Assembly (NCBI RefSeq): GCF_964355755.1
Contig: NC_092680.1
Coordinates: forward strand, 15,509,045-15,573,044
Reading direction: 5' to 3'
DNA: 64,000 nucleotides
From: Antedon mediterranea
Lineage: Eukaryota; Animalia; Echinodermata
Shown here in pieces: positions 61,064 through 64,000 of this stretch (within the stretch, counting starts at the first letter, position 1; every line of letters starts with the position of its first letter). The notes under the pieces were generated by a model. It was not told the origin of the DNA, did no database searches, and saw nothing but the letters and a program-made list of their open reading frames with translations. Made by a program: the position numbers and the translations under genes.

Positions 61064-63262
61064 TCACCCGGATTGGGTTTTTTTGGTCTTTGTAGCTCGG
61101 AGTACAATTATATCGAGGGTATAATATTTATTCCCTCGTTGGTTGACAGGAAAATGCTGGTAGCACCACTCGGTGGCATCGTGCACAATCTCAGACCGAT
61201 ATTGCTCTGGTACATAATTCACATGACCAACAAGTGTACAGACATAGCCTGAACGAAATTTTAAAGTAAAATCATTAATGATATAAGAAAAATGGAAAAT
61301 GTATTTAAAGAACAGCGTTTTAATTCAAAGATTTTATCTATTTGAAAAAAAAAACTTCTATCAACGCCAAAGTTTACAACTAAATTGTGTACAGTATTAT
61401 TTTTAAATGTAAAACAATATGTATTTATATAAATTAAAAATGTAGGTGGATCTCAATGTAGAAACATGTACAAAATGAAATAAGCAAAAAGCTAAATAAA
61501 AACGTAAAACAGCCAGAAATGTAACAGTTCTTCTGGGCCAGACTAACCAATCATTATACCAGGGACACTGAATTGAAATTTATATTTATACTGGGTAACC
61601 TCTTCAGTCAAAGACTGGTCTCCCAGAGGGCCCAGTTGGTGATCAGTGGCTGTGATGTACTAATACACCGGGGTAACCCCCTACTCGTCTCGAAAGATGT
61701 ACTAGGTTCTTTAAAGCGCACACGAGCTAGATGTGTACACTGGACCTACAGTTTATAGTCCTTATCCGAGAAGACTCGTTCTACCACCAGAACCATGGAG
61801 TGAGTGAGCCTCGAACCCCTGCCGATGTTATGGCACTTTATACTTAATGAATTTGTGTAATTGTGTAGGTTAGTATGTATTATTTTATTTGATTTACTTT
61901 TTAACTGCTCTTTGCTAAAGATCTCAAGTTCATCACATGGTGTGTTCAAGTCTCCATGGACCTCTTCAAACCCAACGGATTTCAACAGCTCAGTGTTTTC
62001 TTCTAGTGTCAACTGGTTATGTATTTTGTGTTCGTAGCCCTTGATATTAAAAGTAAAATTAAGCCGTTAATTATTAGATGTGAAATTGGTTGCATAGGCG
62101 TCTAAAAGCTGAAATATAATTAGATTTTTATTGTATTCACTATCTTGAATATATTTATTGAAATGTTAGCAGACGTCTAATTTTGAAAACGTTTTGACAC
62201 AAACACAAAAAACATGTTTCACCACCAGATTTATAATTGACACGAGATTAGATTATCTAACATGTGGGAGTAACACTGTAGTAGGCCTATTCTAAGAGTG
62301 TTAGACTTACTTTTAGGTGTTGCTTCCATTTTTCATGATTCTCTAAAAAATATGGAAGTTCTGTTTTGCCGGAACCTAAAAGCTGGTGGCGTGGACCAGC
62401 AAACAAAAGAAAACACGTTCCATTTTCGCTTAGACATTCATACATACTCTGGAATGCTTTTCTTTTTTCTTCCACCCAATGCAGTACAAGTACAGACAAA
62501 ATCTTATTGAATGCACCTCTCCAGTTTGGAAATATTTGCAGGCAGTTGGTGATGTCTGCAATTTCGTATGACAAGTTTGTACGTAATGGTTGGTACTTCT
62601 GCCTTGCAACATGAATCATATCTCTTGATTTGTCAAAACCTAAAGAAATGTTTCTCAATTCATTTTTAACCGAATTTTGACATTGTCATTCTTGTCTTAT
62701 TCTGGAATGATTTTAATTACATCGTTTTGTGTCCAGTCCTAAAATCCTTAACCCTTGTTACTAGACTTTATAATTTAAATAATTTGCAAAGTCAAAATGT
62801 TTTTTAAAATGTTACCAACTTTTTTTGTCTTTGGAGTTAACCACCTTTATTCATTCAATGTTTCATTAACAATAATTAAATACTATCTATACATTTTTTC
62901 GTTATTTTCTGATCTTTTTTATCCTCTTTATTATCTATATTTTAATATTTTGGCCTATACATATACTTTAGATTATTACTATCTGTCCAATATTGTCCTA
63001 ATTTATACATTGTTCTTTCTATTACACTATCTTAAAAATATAGGTGGTCATTTGATAGTCAATCATTCGTAGAATTTAACCACTCACCTGTTGCTGAGTT
63101 TGCGCTGCCTGCCATATCATACACAATATCACCGCTTCCGCAACCAACATCAAGTATGTTGTCATAGTCATTGACTGACAAATAGGGTTCCAAATAAAGT
63201 TTAAACGCAACCTGTTGCCTTGCTATAGTTTTCGAATACAGAGTAGCTTCGTCTACGTTCAT
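61064..63262 (-). CDS. Class I SAM-dependent methyltransferase, juvenile hormone acid O-methyltransferase-like, 276 aa (4 exons)
   Basis: Exons 63262-63088, 62639-62311, 62039-61898, 61248-61064 (831 nt; phases 1,0,1). Motif I ILDVGCGSG, GFDKSRDMI, YEIADI, FNKILSVLVLHWV, LKSVGF, and C-terminal LDIIVLRATK. N-terminal LYSK...Q is typical of the JHAMT-like family. Confidence 0.88.
61568..61840 (-). mobile_element. tRNA-derived Deu/Nin-domain SINE in methyltransferase intron 3
   Basis: Minus strand: B-box ggttcgaggc, core tctcggataaggactataaactgtaggtcc...taaagaacc...ttcgagacgagtagggggttaccccggtgt, LINE-like 3' stem ctgggccctctgggagaccag. Confidence 0.7.
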
Positions 63263-64000
63263 TTTGGAATTTAGCTCAACGCACGATAGTAGACTACGAT
63301 AGAACTACGGCAGTATACTTCTTTGAAAGCGTGAGATCTTTTTATATGATTCACAATATCATATAAAATAATATGATGGTAGACCATACTATTATACGGT
63401 ACATTAAATGGTATATGTAATTAACCTTTGCTATGAATAAGATATTATGAGAATGTTTATGGCATTTCGAAATAAAAAAGAAAAGAATGATGAATGGATG
63501 AATAAATGATATCGGTTAGTAGGTAATCTTTAAATATATCAACTGCAGTTGATTCTATAGTTTAAATTAGACATTTAAAAATAAGAATATCTTGTCACTC
63601 TGAAAAGGTCTACGAAAATGCTAGCAGCATGCGCCCTTTTCAGTAGAACAGAGGGAGGAACGTGTGTCCTTCTTAATGTGACCAATAACTAGGTGTTAGC
63701 ACTGCACACACAATTTCGCTAGAATTTGGAAGTTAACATGGTAATGTAGCTACAAAGGTAATTATAAATAACTTCTTCCATATTATGACACAATTATGCC
63801 ATCATACTCTATTACTTTAATTTTATCTGAACTATTTATAGGCCTACTATAATTATTAAAAAGGCTCTACATTAATTAATTTGTTTTAGTGAAGAAATAC
63901 AATAACCATGCTGTTGCTCTGGACACAATACCAGAATCCATATTAAATGGACGCATCTAGGATTTTAAAAAAATGAGGTGGTTTCCCGTTGCTTTCCTCA

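Overview
AT-rich, intron-containing animal (invertebrate) genomic DNA, not prokaryotic. Deu/Nin-domain SINEs and abundant TAGGCCTA words weakly suggest an invertebrate deuterostome such as an echinoderm. Four protein-coding genes can be assembled by hand from GT-AG junctions. (1) ULK3 (+ strand; kinase plus two MIT domains; first coding exon lies upstream of the window): 13 clear exons at 804-12260, and a probable 17-nt CaaX-coding last exon about 31 kb away at 43294-43310. (2) A single-coding-exon GAS1/GFRalpha-like cysteine-rich surface protein with four modules (- strand, 52882-54171). (3) An unrecognised 138-aa type II membrane protein with an Asp/Gly-rich ectodomain (- strand, 57001-58776). 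(4) A 276-aa class I SAM methyltransferase of JHAMT-like type (- strand, 61064-63262). The rest is introns and intergenic DNA packed with repeats: a non-autonomous Helitron and a 57-bp derivative of it, Kolobok-, piggyBac-, CMC-, Harbinger- and Tc1-like MITEs, LINE 3' ends, Deu-type SINEs, two Penelope-type minimal hammerhead ribozymes, tRNA-carrying elements, and several satellites including one built from Pol III B-boxes. Most ORFs in the supplied track are spurious. All calls are by eye; no database searches were run.
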